From: Eledone cirrhosa
Taxonomy: Eukaryota
DNA length: 64,000 bases
Direction of reading: 5' to 3'
NCBI GenBank assembly: GCA_964016885.1
Contig: OZ024743.1
Location: forward strand, 232,066,001 to 232,130,000
Each line of letters starts with the position of its first letter. The first letter of the stretch is position 1. Shown piece after piece: positions 1 to 14,669 of the stretch. Both the position numbers and the translations under genes were made by a program. A model generated the notes under the pieces. That model saw only the letters and a list, made by a program, of their open reading frames with translations, made no database searches and was not told the origin of the DNA.

Positions 1-49
1 CCTCCCCCCAAAAATTGTTGGCTTTGTACGTATAGTAGAAACCATTATT

Positions 50-125
50 GGTCTACGAGCGTTATGGTCCTTTACGTTCTGAGTTCAAATCCCGCCGAAG
101 TTAACTTTGCTTTTCATCCTTTCAT
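50..125 (+). mobile_element. tRNA-derived SINE, 5' part, interrupted by a Tx1 insertion
   Basis: B-box-like GAGTTCAAATCC followed by the family core gccgaagttaactttgcttttcatcc, seen in many copies in the window. Confidence 0.7.
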
Positions 126-134
126 CGAGGTTTC

Positions 135-1548
135 GTCAAACCAGATCTCCAGGTGGAAAAGAATTGGGACGAGGTAACGAGCAAGGTAGCTAGTCTCACC
201 CAAAACTGGCCTGCGAGGAAGCTATCACTGAAAGGTCGCGCGGAGGTGGCGAATGGGTATATCATGTCCGTTATCTACTACCGCCTGACAGTCGTGCGTT
301 GCTCCCGTCTGCGCCTCGCCAATTCTTGTGGAGAGGACAAGTCCCGTTGGTGAGGCGGTCCATCTGCTGCCAGCACCCTCTACGCGGAGGGCTGGGCATG
401 CCGAGGTTAATGATGCGCAGACATGCGCTGAGGCTGCTACATCTTCAGATATTCTGCCTAAACGGTGAACAGGTGTGGTCGCCGTTTATCAGACGGGGCT
501 ATCCGCAGCTCGTTTCTTTGACTGAGCTCCAGTCCTGGGTCACGAAGAGACCAAGTCTGGCTGACTGGCACCTGGAATGTTCCCACGCACTCATCGCCCT
601 CTACCAAATGGGCAATGCGATTAGTAGAATTTCCACTCTCGAGTTCTATAGAGGATTAGTAGCAGGCAAGTGCGATGACGCACTCGGAGAAGCTTTGGAC
701 CTCGACAAAGTCGAACTAACCGGAGGATTTTCGAGCCGGGGACGATGGACAGTTTCCAGAAATCCCTCGCTTGGCAAGGCTACTGGGGGCACTGCCGGTT
801 CGGGATAAACTCTACAGGCACGGAAGTGCTGTCAGACGGACCTGCCCGAGATGCGCACAGAGCGACGAAACCGTTCTGCACGCACTTATCCAATGTCCGT
901 GAATTACTGAATTGTGGAGTTAATTCGAACAGCTACTGTCGCGTGTAGAACGGATCCGGCTATCGGCCGAGTCCATAGTGAAGATCGACCCACCGCCTTC
1001 CTTTGGCCAGGAAGAGTAGGCAATTTTCCTCTGTCCGGTGGCAGTTGTAAAAGAGGTTGTATGGTGGTCCAGATTGAAAGAACTGAAGACAGACACTTTT
1101 CTCTTCGGCCAATCCCTCATCAACTTCTTCAAGTTTCACTTGGAAAGAAAGGTAGGTCAGAGTGGAGAGAGAAGTGCTGCCCCCCAGTACATTTGCTAAA
1201 AGGTGGATGAATGTGGCGAGAATGGCCCGGTGAATGGGCCTACTCTGACTATGCGCCTATAGGCTAGCTAATTTTAGGAGGAGAGGGATGTTCTCCTCGG
1301 GTGCCCTAGAATCGCAGTGTGGTTCAGGATTGGTGAAGTACCTGATCACCCCGAGTCGTCCACCTCCCTATAGGGGAATTTATTTTGTTATATTTATGCA
1401 TAGTTTTTTTTTATATCTTCCTTGTTAAATTAGTCTTGCCATTGTGCACTTTTACTCGACCTTATTGTAAACCGCCACTGTCTGTGCCTTTGTATTGTAC
1501 CCTACATGTCGGCTCTTGTGGCCAATAAATGAAATCATTATTATTATA
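135..1548 (+). mobile_element. Tx1/L1-clade LINE, decayed 3' part of ORF2 plus 3' UTR
   Basis: Frameshifted pieces KLSLKGRAEVAN, ICCQHPLRGGLGMP, MDSFQKSLAWQ match the 916-aa ORF at 31843-34593; ends AATAAA...(TTA)n. Confidence 0.88.
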
Positions 1549-1550
1549 GT

Positions 1551-1652
1551 AGTTGACTTTGTCTTTTATCCTTACGGGGTCGATAAAATAAAGTACCAGT
1601 AATGCACTGGGTAATTGCTGGACTTGTGCCAAAAGTAGAAACAATTATTATT
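1551..1652 (+). mobile_element. SINE 3' part
   Basis: ccttacggggtcgataaaataaagtaccag...gccaaaagtagaaacaattatt core and tail. Confidence 0.75.
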
Positions 1653-1671
1653 AGTAGTAGTAATATTATCC

Positions 1672-3448
1672 TTTGAGTCTCAGTCGTTGAAATGAATATC
1701 AAGCCGCTACCTGCAGCCTCAGATATTCAGGACGTATCGGGGGGTTCTTGTTGTTCCCAGCGAGCATGCGTTTTGAAGTGTTCAAAAAAGCGGGGCTGGA
1801 CTAATCTTATTTAACCAATCTTGGAAACTCTTTGAGATAGTGCCTATTGCGCCTATGACAATCGGGACGACCTTGACTTCATGGCAATTCCAAATCCTTT
1901 TTACCTCCCACTTTAAGTCCTGGTATCGGTTAATTTTCTCCCTCTCGTTTTCTTGCACTCTCGTGTCAAATGGGCAGGCTACATCTGCAATCAGGCACGA
2001 ACTTTTTCCCTTCTTCAAAACCACCAGGTCAGGACTATTGTGTTCTAATTTCTTGTCCGTCTGTATCCTAAAATCCCATAGAACCTTCACCTGATCGTTT
2101 TCTATCACCGACTCTGGCTTATATTCATACCACTTCTCAGAGTGTGGTAAATTGTTTACTTTGCATAGGCGCCAGTGGATCACCCTGCCCATCACATCAT
2201 GTCTCCAGCCTATATAGTGAGTCTGGGCTAGGTGTTTACACTCAGATACAACGTGAGCCACAGTCTCCTCTCTCTCTCTCCCTCTCCACAGATCCTACAC
2301 AGTGGGGTAGCCTCTTCCTTGTAAATATGCTGTTTAACCCACTTCGTTCTGAGGGCCTGCTGTTGCGCAGCCATTAGCATTCCTTCTGTAGACTTTTTAA
2401 GGTCTCCTCTTTTTAACCAGTTCTATGTGTGTGGATCTCTAAATTCAGTTTTCTTAAAGAAGGTAATATGAAGGAATTTTTCATGAAGGTTGCTCTTCCT
2501 CCTTCTTGTTATTTCCTCCTTGGACATCCCCTGGTCTAATGTCTTCTCTTTCAGTACAATTTTGAGCATTGGCACCCTACTGTCCGTCACTTATTTGTGC
2601 AGGTTGTTTTTCTACATCTGAACACAGTCTTCTATGCTGATAAGACCTATTCCACCTTCAGATCTCTTTAAGTAGAGTCTATCGACATCACTCCTCTTAT
2701 GGAACATGTTGTAGATAGTCAATAGCTTCCTAGTCTTCCTATCCATTTCTTTTTGATCAGCAACATTCCATTTCAGAATTCCCACACATGTACTTAATAA
2801 TAGACACTGCTCGGGAATTTACTGCACTTATGACATTCCTACTATTTAGATGTGATTTTAATACGCTCCTTACTCTACTAATGTACTCAGATCTTATCAA
2901 TTCCTTCATTTTTTTTTACTTGATGTCATCTGCCTCCAGAACTCCTAAATATTTGTATCCTTCTTCAGTGTCAATTTCCTTTGACATCTCACCTGTATGT
3001 ACCTGGATTCCGTTGCTTCAGGTCAATTTACCCCTCTTAATCACTAGGACTCCACACTTATTAATACGAAATTCCATACATATATCATTGCTGAAAATAC
3101 GGACAGTGTCAACAAGCTCATCCAACTACTTCTCACTCTTCCCGAAGAGTTTAAGTTCGTCCATGAAGAGGGGCGGGGGGTTGATGGTAATCTCTCCTTT
3201 TCCCAACTTGTATCCTGCTCTCACTTTTCGCAATATAATGGTCAGGGGTATCAGAGCAAGGACAAACAGCAGAGGGTCAAACTATCTCCCTGGAAGATAC
3301 CTCTCTTGATCTTCACGCCTACCAAAGATTCTCCACCCGATGTTAACTCTGTTTCCCAAGACTTCATACTTTTTCTCAACAACTCTCTGATGATATCTGC
3401 CACCTTGAAGATCTCTAGGCTTTTGGTTAGCCAAGAATGAGGTACCAT
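1672..3448 (-). mobile_element. R4/Dong-like RLE non-LTR retrotransposon, 5'-truncated, decayed
   Basis: RT motif GIFQGDSL; RLE motif PDLVV..DVACP..EKINRY; highly similar to 42734-43778; (TTA)n-like tracts on both sides. Confidence 0.88.
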
Positions 3449-3475
3449 ATTATTATTATTATTATTATTATTGAT

Positions 3476-3560
3476 TTCATCTTCATGGGGTCGATAAAAA
3501 AAAAGTGCCAGTAATGTACTGGGTAATTGCTGGCCTTGTGCCAAAAGTAGAAACAATTTT
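3476..3560 (+). mobile_element. SINE 3' part (second copy)
   Basis: ggggtcgataaaa...gctggccttgtgccaaaagtagaaac. Confidence 0.7.
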
Positions 3561-3564
3561 TATG

Positions 3565-4098
3565 AGTCCGTCGTGAGGATTGCCCCGCCCTCTTCCTTTA
3601 GCCGGGAAGGGCAGGCAGTTTTTATCTGTCTGGTGGCCATGGCGAAAGAGATAGTATGGTGGACACGTTTGAAAGGGCTGAAGACGAGCACTTACCTCTT
3701 CGGTGATGCCCTGATTAACTTTTTCAAATTTCATCTGAAAAGGAAAATCAGGGTAGAGAGGGAAGTGCTCTCTTCCCAGCATTTTGTTGAAAGATGGGTG
3801 AGAGAAGCAAGTATGGCCCGAATGAATGGGCCTTCTCTGAGTATGTGTCTGTAAATTAAAGGTGGAAAACTGGGAGAGGGCACTTGCCCTGGTGGTCAGG
3901 GCCACTGTGGTCTTTTAATGGGCTTTCTCCACAAATTTCCCTCGGAAGTCTCCCCCCTATTGGGGAATTTTTCTTTGTTATTTTATTTCATCCTCTGTTT
4001 TTTTTTACACGCAGAAATGCCCATTTGTACCGTCCTGTATTGTCCTGTACTGTCCTTAATGTCTACTTTATGTAAACCCTTGTGGTTAATAAAGAAAA

Positions 4099-4156
<58 letters not shown>

Positions 4157-4160
4157 GTTG
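3565..4160 (+). mobile_element. Tx1/L1 3' fragment with (TTA)n tail
   Basis: ORF 3573-3854 (AMAKEIVWWTRLKG...ARMNGPSL) matches the C-terminus of Tx1 ORF2; AATAAA then TTA repeats. Confidence 0.85.
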
Positions 4161-4162
4161 TT

Positions 4163-7100
4163 GTTTGAGTCTCAGTCATTGATGTTATTTAACTGGAAAG
4201 TTTGTTCAAATGAATATCAAGCCACTACCTGCAGCCTCAGATATTCAGAACTTATCGGAGGGTTCCTGCTGTTCCCAGCAAGCATGTTTTTGAAGTGTTC
4301 CAAAAGGCGGGGCGGAACCAATTTTCTTTAACCAGCCTTGGAAACTCTTTGAGATAGTACCTAGTGCGCCTAATACAAACCGGGACCACTTTGACTTCAT
4401 GGCAGTTCCAAATCCTTTATACCTCCCACTTTAAGTCCTGGTATCGGTTAATTTTCTCCCTCTCCTTCTCTTGCACTTTCGTGTCAAATGAGCAGGCTAC
4501 ATCCACATTCAGGCACGATCTGTTTTCTTTGTCCAAAACCACCAGGTCAGGTCTATTGTGTTCCAGTTTCTTGTCCGTCTGTATCCTAAAATCCCACAGC
4601 ACCTTCACCTGATCGTTTTCTATCACCGACTCTGGCTTATGCTCATACCACTTCTCAGAGTGTGATGAATTGTTTACTTCGCATAGGTGCCAGTGGATCA
4701 CCCTGCCCATCACATCATGTCTCCAGCCTTTATAATGAGTCTGGGCTAGGTGTTTACACTCGGATACAATGTGAGCCACAGTCTCCTCTCTCTCTCTCCA
4801 CAGATGCTACACAGTGGGCTAGCCTCCTCCTTGTAAATATGGTGTTTCAGCCACTTCATTTTTAGGGCCTGCTCTTGCGCAGCCATTAGCATTCCTTCTG
4901 TAGCCTTTTTAAGATCTCCTCTTTTCAGCTAGTTCCATGTGTGTGGATCTCGAAATTCAGTTTTCTCAAAGAAGGTACTCTGAAGGGAATTTTCATGAAG
5001 GTTGCTCTTTCTCCTTGTTGTTATTTCCTCCTTGGAATCCCCTGGTCTATTGTCCTCTCCTTCAGTACAATTCTGAGCATTGGCTCCCTACTATCAGGCA
5101 CGTATTTGTGATAAGACCTCTTCCACCTTCAGATCTCCTTAAGTAGAGTCTATCGAATTCACTCCTCTTGTGGAACATGTTGTAGATAGTCAATAGCTTC
5201 CTAGTCTTCCTATCCATTTCCCGCACTGTACCTAATAATAGTCACAGCTCGGGAATTTACTGCACTTATGGCATTCCTACTGTTCAGATGTGATTTCAAT
5301 ACGCTCCTTACTCTCCGAATGTATTCAGATCTCATCAATTCCTTCATTTCTTTGTTCTTGATGTCATTAGTCTCCAGAACACCTAAATATTTGTATCTTT
5401 CTTCAATATCAATTCCCTTATCATCTCAACTGTTGGTACCTGGATTCCGTTGCTTCTGCTCAATTTACCCCTCTTCATCACAAGGACTCCACACTTACTA
5501 ATACCAAATTGCATACATATATCATTGCTGAAAATACGGACAGTGTCAACAAGCACATCCAACTACTTCTCACTCTTCCCGAAGAGCTTAAGATCGTCTA
5601 TGAAGAGGAGGTGATTGATGGTAAGCTCTCCCTTTCCCAACTTGTATCCTCGTCTCACTTGTCGCAGTATAATGGTCAGGTGGATCAAGGCAAGGACAAA
5701 CAAGTGAGGGGACAAACTATCTCCCTGGAAGATACCTCTCTTGATCTTCACACCTCCCAAGGATTCTCCGCCCGATGTTAACTCTGTTTTACAGGACTTC
5801 ATACTTTTGCTCAACAACTGTCTGATGTTATCTGCCACCATGAAGATCTCTAGGCTTTTGGTTATCCAAGAATGGGGTACCATGTCGAATGCCTTTTTGT
5901 AGTCTATTCATCCCATGGCAAGATCAGATTGTCTCCTCCTGCAATTCCTCATTACCATCTTATCAATAAGTAACTGGTCCTTTGTACCACGGACTTCTTA
6001 CGGCATCCTTTCTGTTCGTCCGGTAACAAGTTGTTTATGTGGAGGAGATGGTAGATTTCCTCAGACACAATGCTTGTTAACAGTTTCCACATTACGGACA
6101 GACATGTGATAGGTCTATAGTTGGTAACATCATTAACCTTGGTTCGGTCTTTCATTACCAGAAGTGTGGTACCTTTTGTCAACCACTCTGGTACCTCACC
6201 TGACATCAAGCAGTCATTGAACATGGTTGTCAATTTCGGGTGGAGGGATGTTATATTTGTAATCCAATAACCCTGCACACCATCTGGGCCTGTTGATTTC
6301 CAGTTGGTTAATCTTCTGGCCTGCCCCTTAAGAGTTTCAACTGTGATACTCAAATCAGTTTGTTGGTGTGCATGTTCACTAATCTCCTGTTGTACTGTCT
6401 CATTCCACACAGCCTGATCATTATGTTCAACATCCTGCTCTCATATTCCTCTCCAGAATGTCTTAGTTTATTCCGCCTCAGGGATCAAGTCGTTGCCTCT
6501 TTCTTTCCCTTCAAGCTGTCCAAACAACATCTTCTGATTGTTGTCAAACATGCGGTTCTGTCTATACTGACTGACTCTGCTCTCGGATCGCCTAATCTTT
6601 GCGCTCTTTGCTACAATGCGTTGATTCAGTTCCTCTATGATATTATTTAGATTTTTTCTCCTAGTTTTGTACTTTATTTCCAGTCTATTTTTAGTGTCTA
6701 TCTTTTTTAGTGTCCCATTCAGTAGGGACTCAAGCTTTCCAATGTCATTTCTCATTTCCCTGATTTGGCCATTCAGTCGTTTCTTCCACCAAGGTTCTGA
6801 TCTTTCTTGTTTGTTGTTTCTTCTCGCTTTTATGCCAAGTAATTTCCTCACTGCATTTGCTGTTGCTTTGAGGATATTGTTGCACTGGTGAAGTTCCTCG
6901 CCTCAAGGTATGGGATGAATTTGTTTACCTTAGCTGTTGTTTCTTTTAACTTTTTCCTGTCTACATATCTTAGGTTCATAGTTTTCCCACTATCGTTGTT
7001 CATTTCATCTATTACTAAGTTTAGTATATCAACCAAATCTTGTCCTAGCCCGTCAGCATTCATTTCCTCAATGGCCGTATCACTGTTCTAGGTATTATTT

Positions 7101-7712
7101 ATTTCAGCATTCAGATCATTGTCTGCTTCGGATGCTTCCTCCGTTCTCTCAACCTCTTCACCTTCATCTCCCACTGGCTCGTTTGCCTGGCATATTCCAC
7201 TCTCCATTTCCAATCTAATCTCTCTGCTGAGTTCGTCCAGATCAAGCTCGCTTATCCACCCATTAGTTCTTATTACCCGAGCCTGCCCAGCCAATTTTTG
7301 TTCATCTAATTTAAATAGACCAATCTCGTTCGAGATGCTATCCATGCGTTTCCTATAGCCTTTTTCCTTGGGGTTACTCATCAGGTAACATTGCATAACA
7401 GTTCTATTCAATTCTTTCGTCCAGTTGGTTCTGGTCCCTTTCCTTCTTCTTCTTCCTCCAACACCAGCAGTATTTGGATGACAGCCATGTCCCTGCTGCT
7501 GGGCCAGGGGGCACCTGCTGGGTGAGAGTCTGTCACATGACATTCCAGTCTCCACTTCACCGTTATTCGAACTGTTTAGTTTCGACATTTAAACACTCAT
7601 ATCGAGGATTGGTGAATGTATGGTTTCATAACCACCGGTGATTTCATCACCCCCAGTGACTTGATCACCCCCGGTGATTTTAGCGTGGCACTATCACGCT
7701 GTAGACGAACAT
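4163..7712 (-). mobile_element. Near full-length R4/Dong-like RLE LINE; single ORF broken by frameshifts and stops
   Basis: Consecutive minus-strand ORF pieces from ATG 7588: WTKELN, NWKSTGPDG, NYRPITCL, GIFQGDSLSP, HLLFIDDLKLF, HIVSEC, RPDLVV. Confidence 0.9.
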
Positions 7713-8051
7713 AAATAAATAAACAAATAATAATAATTATTATTATTATTGGCGACCTACGTAGGAAATCTTATCATCGTGAGCTCCGCAAAGTTTTGTT
7801 GTTTTCGTTTGTTTAAAATTGCCATTTATGGAAAATTTTTGTTGTTAACTATTTATAAAATCACAAATTCTGCTTTCGGAAAAGGACACTCAAAAAGATT
7901 GGGGCCTTGAGCCCAAAATTTAAACTTTTATAATTATCAAACAAACAATTTCTTTTAAAAGATCATGGACGACTCACAGCTACACCAAATAACTGAGAGC
8001 CTTCCTCACAAACTAACACCTCACACCAACACCACCATTGTAAATATTACT

Positions 8052-8340
8052 ACTCTGAGTATGTGTCTGTAAATTAAAGGTGGAAAACTGGGAGAGGGCA
8101 CTTGCCCTGGTGGTCAGGGTCACTGTGGCCTTTTAATGGGCTTTTTCCACAAATGTCCCTCGGAAGTCTCCCCCCTATTGGGGAAACTTTCATTGTTATT
8201 TTTTTATAACATCCTCTGTTTTTTTAGACGCAGAAATGCCCATTTGTACCGTCCTGTATTGTCCTGTACTGTCCTTAATGTCTACTTTATGTAAACCCTT
8301 GTGGTTAATAAAGAAATCATTATTATTATTATTATTATGA
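8052..8340 (+). mobile_element. Tx1 3' UTR fragment
   Basis: Near-identical to 3835-4100, with (TTA)n tail. Confidence 0.85.
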
Positions 8341-8689
8341 TAATTATTATTATTATCCAAATTTCACACGCTCACAAATATGTGGTGGGCTTCTGTAAAG
8401 ATAATCTTGTGTGGTTTAAGATATATATGAATATTATATATGCGTATGTCGACTGACTATGCATATGACCATTTGCTGGTTCAAAATAATGTCATGCATA
8501 CCCCAGGGCTGTTCTGTACTATTACCATAGATATATCAGCATGGCCATCCCCTCATTTTCTAGGATGTATTATTTCAAGACTGTAAAATCTCTCTCAGCC
8601 ATATCTGACTTTTATCTACATATATTGGTTTCTAATTGAGGAAATGGTCAGGTTAGGTATGACAACCATTAAAATTAACCTCAGTACAT

Positions 8690-8812
8690 GATTCCTACTA
8701 TATTTTATCAGCCCTCGCAATGGTAAAAGGCAAAGTTTACTTCAGTGTGGTTTGAACCTAGAAGGTTCTGAGCTGATTAAAATACAGCAAACCATATTTA
8801 CTGGCGTTCTTG
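8690..8812 (-). mobile_element. Diverged SINE copy
   Basis: Reverse complement resembles the B-box and ctttgcctttcatcc core. Confidence 0.5.
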
Positions 8813-10532
8813 CCAATTCAACGTCTTGATATTTACTTATAATTATATATTAATGTCGATTTGTATTGACATATCAATTATGGTAGTTGGTTTATCTTTC
8901 TGGCCTTACAGTTATTATAAATGCACAGTTGACCAGTTTCTATTCGTTTGTATTCAGAGACCTGTCACACCGAATCATCATAACAACTTGTTTTAAACAT
9001 TTGCAGAAAATAGCAGAACTTCATAGCTTTGACTTTCATTTAAATTCTCGAATCAAATTGTACTAGGGTGTAGTATATCATTTCATTAATATGGCGTCGC
9101 AAGTATGATAGCTGTAAACTATTGATTGATTCAAATATTGACAAGCTTACCCTAATAAAATTTGGCTGACTAAACAAAATCGTAACTGAATAATTGAACA
9201 TTATCGTCATCATCAATAATTGTTTAAAGAATAATTACATTATTATTAATATTATTATTATTATTATTATTCAAGTAGTCTTTATTTTCCCCATCCAACA
9301 GAAGAGATGTCTGCGTGTGCCTTGAAGATAAATGGTGTTATTTTTTATTGTATTCCCTTTTGTAATATACGTTGAGTACATACTAGTACTATTTTCTGTA
9401 TGTTGTGTATATTGTAAATTGTTTGAGGGCTTAATTCCTTTTTATATTTCACAATTGAAATCACATTGAAGTCAATTTGTCTTCCAGTCAGCAATATTTT
9501 TGCAAACATCTCTCATATTTCAAGATGTAGCCTCACGCCATGCATCATTAATAATTTCCATACATTGTTTATGTTAAAGTTATTTGGAAAGCCCGTAAGA
9601 TTGATTGCGTTTTGTCGCATTGGTTTTTTAACAGTCTGGACAAACTTTGTACGACACTCTGCATTGTTCATTGTAAAAGGGTTCTCATACAGACGTAAAA
9701 ACATATGTAATATTTTAGCAAAGGTCAAAATGTTCGGAGACCCGGAATATTGTCCAGAATTATTAAGGTTTTAAATTTTAAATTTGTTGGTCGACAATAT
9801 CCGTGCGTCTCAGTATAGAACCAATTCTTGAACTATTCTCCAGATAATGATATGACAGCCCAATAAGGAAAACTTGTTGAAACATTTTAGACTATGACAG
9901 TTCTCTAATAGATAGTGAAAAAAAGGTTTGAATTTTAAATAACCTGCGTTAATAAAACTAAATAAAATGATTTGGACGCAGGATGCAATTCATCCTTCTT
10001 CGCCAAGTAAGTTTGATTTTAGCCATTCGTTTCGAAAACAACATATATGTTTGTATGATATCTACCCATTAGACCATCGTCCGTATTCTCACTCTTCCAT
10101 ACAACCCTAACGTTATACAGGGAGGGCTAGAATTCATGACTCACTTGATTATTTATAGATCTATTAACACAAACTGTTATAAAACATGTTAAGGAATATA
10201 ATACCATATACACGCATAAGATCATGAACAAGATACGGTAAGCCCACAAATGTACACATTTAATTAATGACAATAAAATAAGCATGTTAAGAAATATAAC
10301 TAACAAGCGAGTTATGAATTCTGGCCCACACTGTATATTGTAGATCGTCTCCTCCAGATGGCAAACCGTCCACAATTCTCAGAAAATGTTATTTCTTCCT
10401 CCAGTTTCGTATGTTTTTGATTGATGCAAACAAATTGAAAGACATCATGTTGATGATCATCTGGCTTAAATAAATTCACTTTGAAGTGTAATCACCTATC
10501 CAAACTAACACAATACATAGTATATATATAAG

Positions 10533-10771
10533 TATAAAGAAATTGATCGAACGCAGACATGCTATTAAGCTTATACAATAGAGAGAAAACCCTTAAAAGA
10601 CAGAACAAGAATTTGCTATCGGCCGCTATGAGAATTGAACCCCATATCTTCCATGAAAGGTTCAATTCCTCATAGCGGCTGATGACAATTGGGTTTCCGT
10701 CTTTTAAAGGTCTTCCCCCTATCTTATAAGCTATCTTTATAGCATTTCTGAGCTTGGCATCTTTCTTTATA
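10533..10771. repeat. Imperfect inverted repeat between (TA)n tracts
   Basis: ccgctatgagaattgaacc / ggttcaattcctcatagcgg, with outer arms also complementary. Confidence 0.7.
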
Positions 10772-11131
10772 TATATATAAAATCATATAATCTCAGCACT
10801 TCAAAAAGCCAAAAATTCGGTATCGTACATTGTTTTTAAGATACATAGTATTGCAATCATGGTAATATAATGGATTCTTAAGGTTTGGAATTGGATGAAT
10901 AAGTCGCATTCTGCCCTGTATTTTATAAGTCTACGCAGACAGCATGATAATGGATTATCTTTGCTTTGGTAGCACAACAGTCATGCTTGATACGTATTAT
11001 TGGTAAGTATTTTCTATTGTATACGAAGAGTACTCATTTAGAATTCATGAAACCTAGTAAGCCATTGAAAATATAATAAATCCACGATTGTTTAGACTTC
11101 GAATAGCTCCAAATGAGTAAACGTATGAGGT

Positions 11132-12332
<1,201 letters not shown>

Positions 12333-12424
12333 ACGAAGGAAATGTGGTAAGGAACCAGGTGGACCATAACGCACTAAAGTACTCAATACTTAGGGTAGTA
12401 GAGTGGGTAATAGGAACAAGTAAG

Positions 12425-12518
12425 ACCCCGCCGGTTGAGCTCAAGCCGGTTCGACGGCTAATTCTGAACTGAATGAAAATTTATTCTGGTATTTAAATAG
12501 CCGAGCTTATCAAGGGGT
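12425..12518 (-). ncRNA. pLTR hammerhead motif, U3-A8 core (this copy damaged at GAAA and at the cleavage triplet)
   Basis: acccc-UUGAUAA-g..cggcua...uagccguc-GAAC..-ggggu. Confidence 0.5.
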
Positions 12519-13740
12519 AATTCCATATATGGTCAAAGAGATAATCACCAGGATTGGTCACATCACAAGTTAGTAGTAAATCTGTGATGGCAAATTGGTG
12601 GGTGAAGGGGTAGCTGAACCTGCCGGTAGGAGAAAAATGGGGAGGGGGTGGAGTAGACCCATTCATGCGTTGGTAGTGCCGGCTACAGCTGGGTGTGAGG
12701 TCAAAGAAGATACTGGGGAGAGGGAGGGGGGAAGTCGAAATGGTAAGTAAAACAAAGGAGGGTAAAACTATAAAAAGTACTGAGAGAGAAACAAAATAAG
12801 CAAAGTCTGGTTACTAAGACTTAAGTCTCTCGCTATTGCTAGGCTAAAGAAATACATAAATAAATAAATAAACAAATAAGTGAATAAAAGAATAGATAAA
12901 TAAATTTAAAAAAAAATGCGGTGCCCCAGCATGGCCTCAGCCGGATGGCTGAAACAGGTAAAAGAGTAAAAGAGTATATATATATAATGAAGAATAAAAA
13001 ATAAATAAAAATAAACTAGGTGGGACGGAAATAAAGGGACCCTTATACGAGGTATAAGTGCGTGTATCGTACGGTGACGGGTCAACAAGGGGGGGCAAAA
13101 TACTAAAGAGACTACCACGAAATAATAATAAAGGTTTCTACCCCAATCACAGGGCCAGCAACCACCCAGAGCAAGAAAGTAAACTAGTACGAGAATATAA
13201 TTCAGGGTCCCGTAAAAAAATACTCGTGCTAACTCTAAGGGTACCGCCACGAAACAAAAAGTCTTATACAAGCTACATGAAAGATCGTACGAAGTAAAAG
13301 TAAAGAACGGAGCATTAATACAGAAACACACACACACACACACACCCCAAAAAAGGGAAAAAGAGGAAAGAAATACTGGATAAACGAGAAATTAAAGCAA
13401 AGATGCTACTAAGAAATATAGAAGGCACGGAAAAAAGGGACAGCGGTCGGAGATGGGGCAAGTATCCGAAGTCTAACACCTCTGCTATAAAAAGCAGAGT
13501 CAGCCAAATCTGTCATAGAATAGGGGAGGGGGGTGGGGGTGCTGAAGCAACAAGGGGCCGAAGGGCTACCTCGGGTGGGCGAGAAAAAGACGGCGACAAA
13601 GAAAGGGAACTGGGGCAGAAGGACTAGGGAGGGATGGGGGAAGGAGGAAATATAGAGGAAGCGATAAAAAATGTAAAAGAAGATCTTACGTCTCCATTGG
13701 CAAGCAGGGGTTACCCCTTACAAAATAGGCAAGTGGGGTG

Positions 13741-14097
13741 TTATAGCCCTAGTCTACCCCCCCCCCCCCGGGGGTCATTATGGGGTTTGAGGGCGAGGTA
13801 AGTCCTACGTAATCGGTGTTTACATGCAGTAACCAGTTCATCTTTCTTGTTTAGGAGTTGGTCCGTCGAAAACAGCATTTGTAAAGTTTCCTCCGGGCAT
13901 AAATTGCACGGACACGTCCTCCCGTGTAAGAGTTGGCTCTGGACAGTAATTTCCAAGTGAGATCATAGTTGATGTTGTTGTCCTTGAGGTCCCATATGTG
14001 GCCCGAAAGTGTAGTGGCGTGACGCCGGGCCGGGTTTCGGAAGGTATGTCTGTGTTGGTATAGCTGGGTCTTGAAGTCACATGCAGTTAATCCTATA
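13741..14097 (-). pseudogene. PLE GIY-YIG endonuclease C-terminal fragment (one frameshift)
   Basis: Manual translation YIGLTACDFKTQLYQHRHTFRN..TTLSGHIWDLK..WKLL, then CNLCPEE..LLNKKDELVTACKH. Confidence 0.85.
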
Positions 14098-14669
14098 TAG
14101 AAACCTTTATTATTTCGTGGTAGTCTCTTTAGTATTTTGCCCCCCCCCCCCCCCTTGTTGACCCGTCACCGTACGATACACGCACTTATACCTCGTATAA
14201 GGGTCCCTTTATTTCCGTCCCACCTAGTTTATTTTTATTTATTTTTTATTCTTCATTATATATATATATATTTTTTTTTTTATTTATTTATCTATTCATT
14301 TATTCACTTATTTGTTTATTTATTTATTTATGTATTTCTTTAGCCTAGCAATAGCGAGAGACTTAAGTCTTAGTAACCAGACTTTGCTTATTTTGTTTCT
14401 CTCTCAGTACTTTTTATAGTTTTACCCTACTTTGTTCTACTTACCGTTTCGACTTCCTCCCCATCCCCCTCCCCAGTATCTTCTTTGACCTCACACCCAG
14501 CTGTAGCCGGCACTACCAACGCATGAATGGGTCTACTCCACCCCCTCTCCCCTTTCTCCTACCGGCAGGTTCAGCTACCCCTTCCCCCACCAATTTGCCA
14601 TCACAGATTTACTACTAACTTGTGATGTGACCAAACCTGGTGATTATCTCTTTGACCATATATGGAATT

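Noticed and set aside
9466-10440. ORFs possibly from an old L1 relic or a gene
   Set aside because: Too degenerate for any motif to be assigned with confidence
10679-10710. CTGATGA as a hammerhead core
   Set aside because: No downstream GAAA or stem I partner
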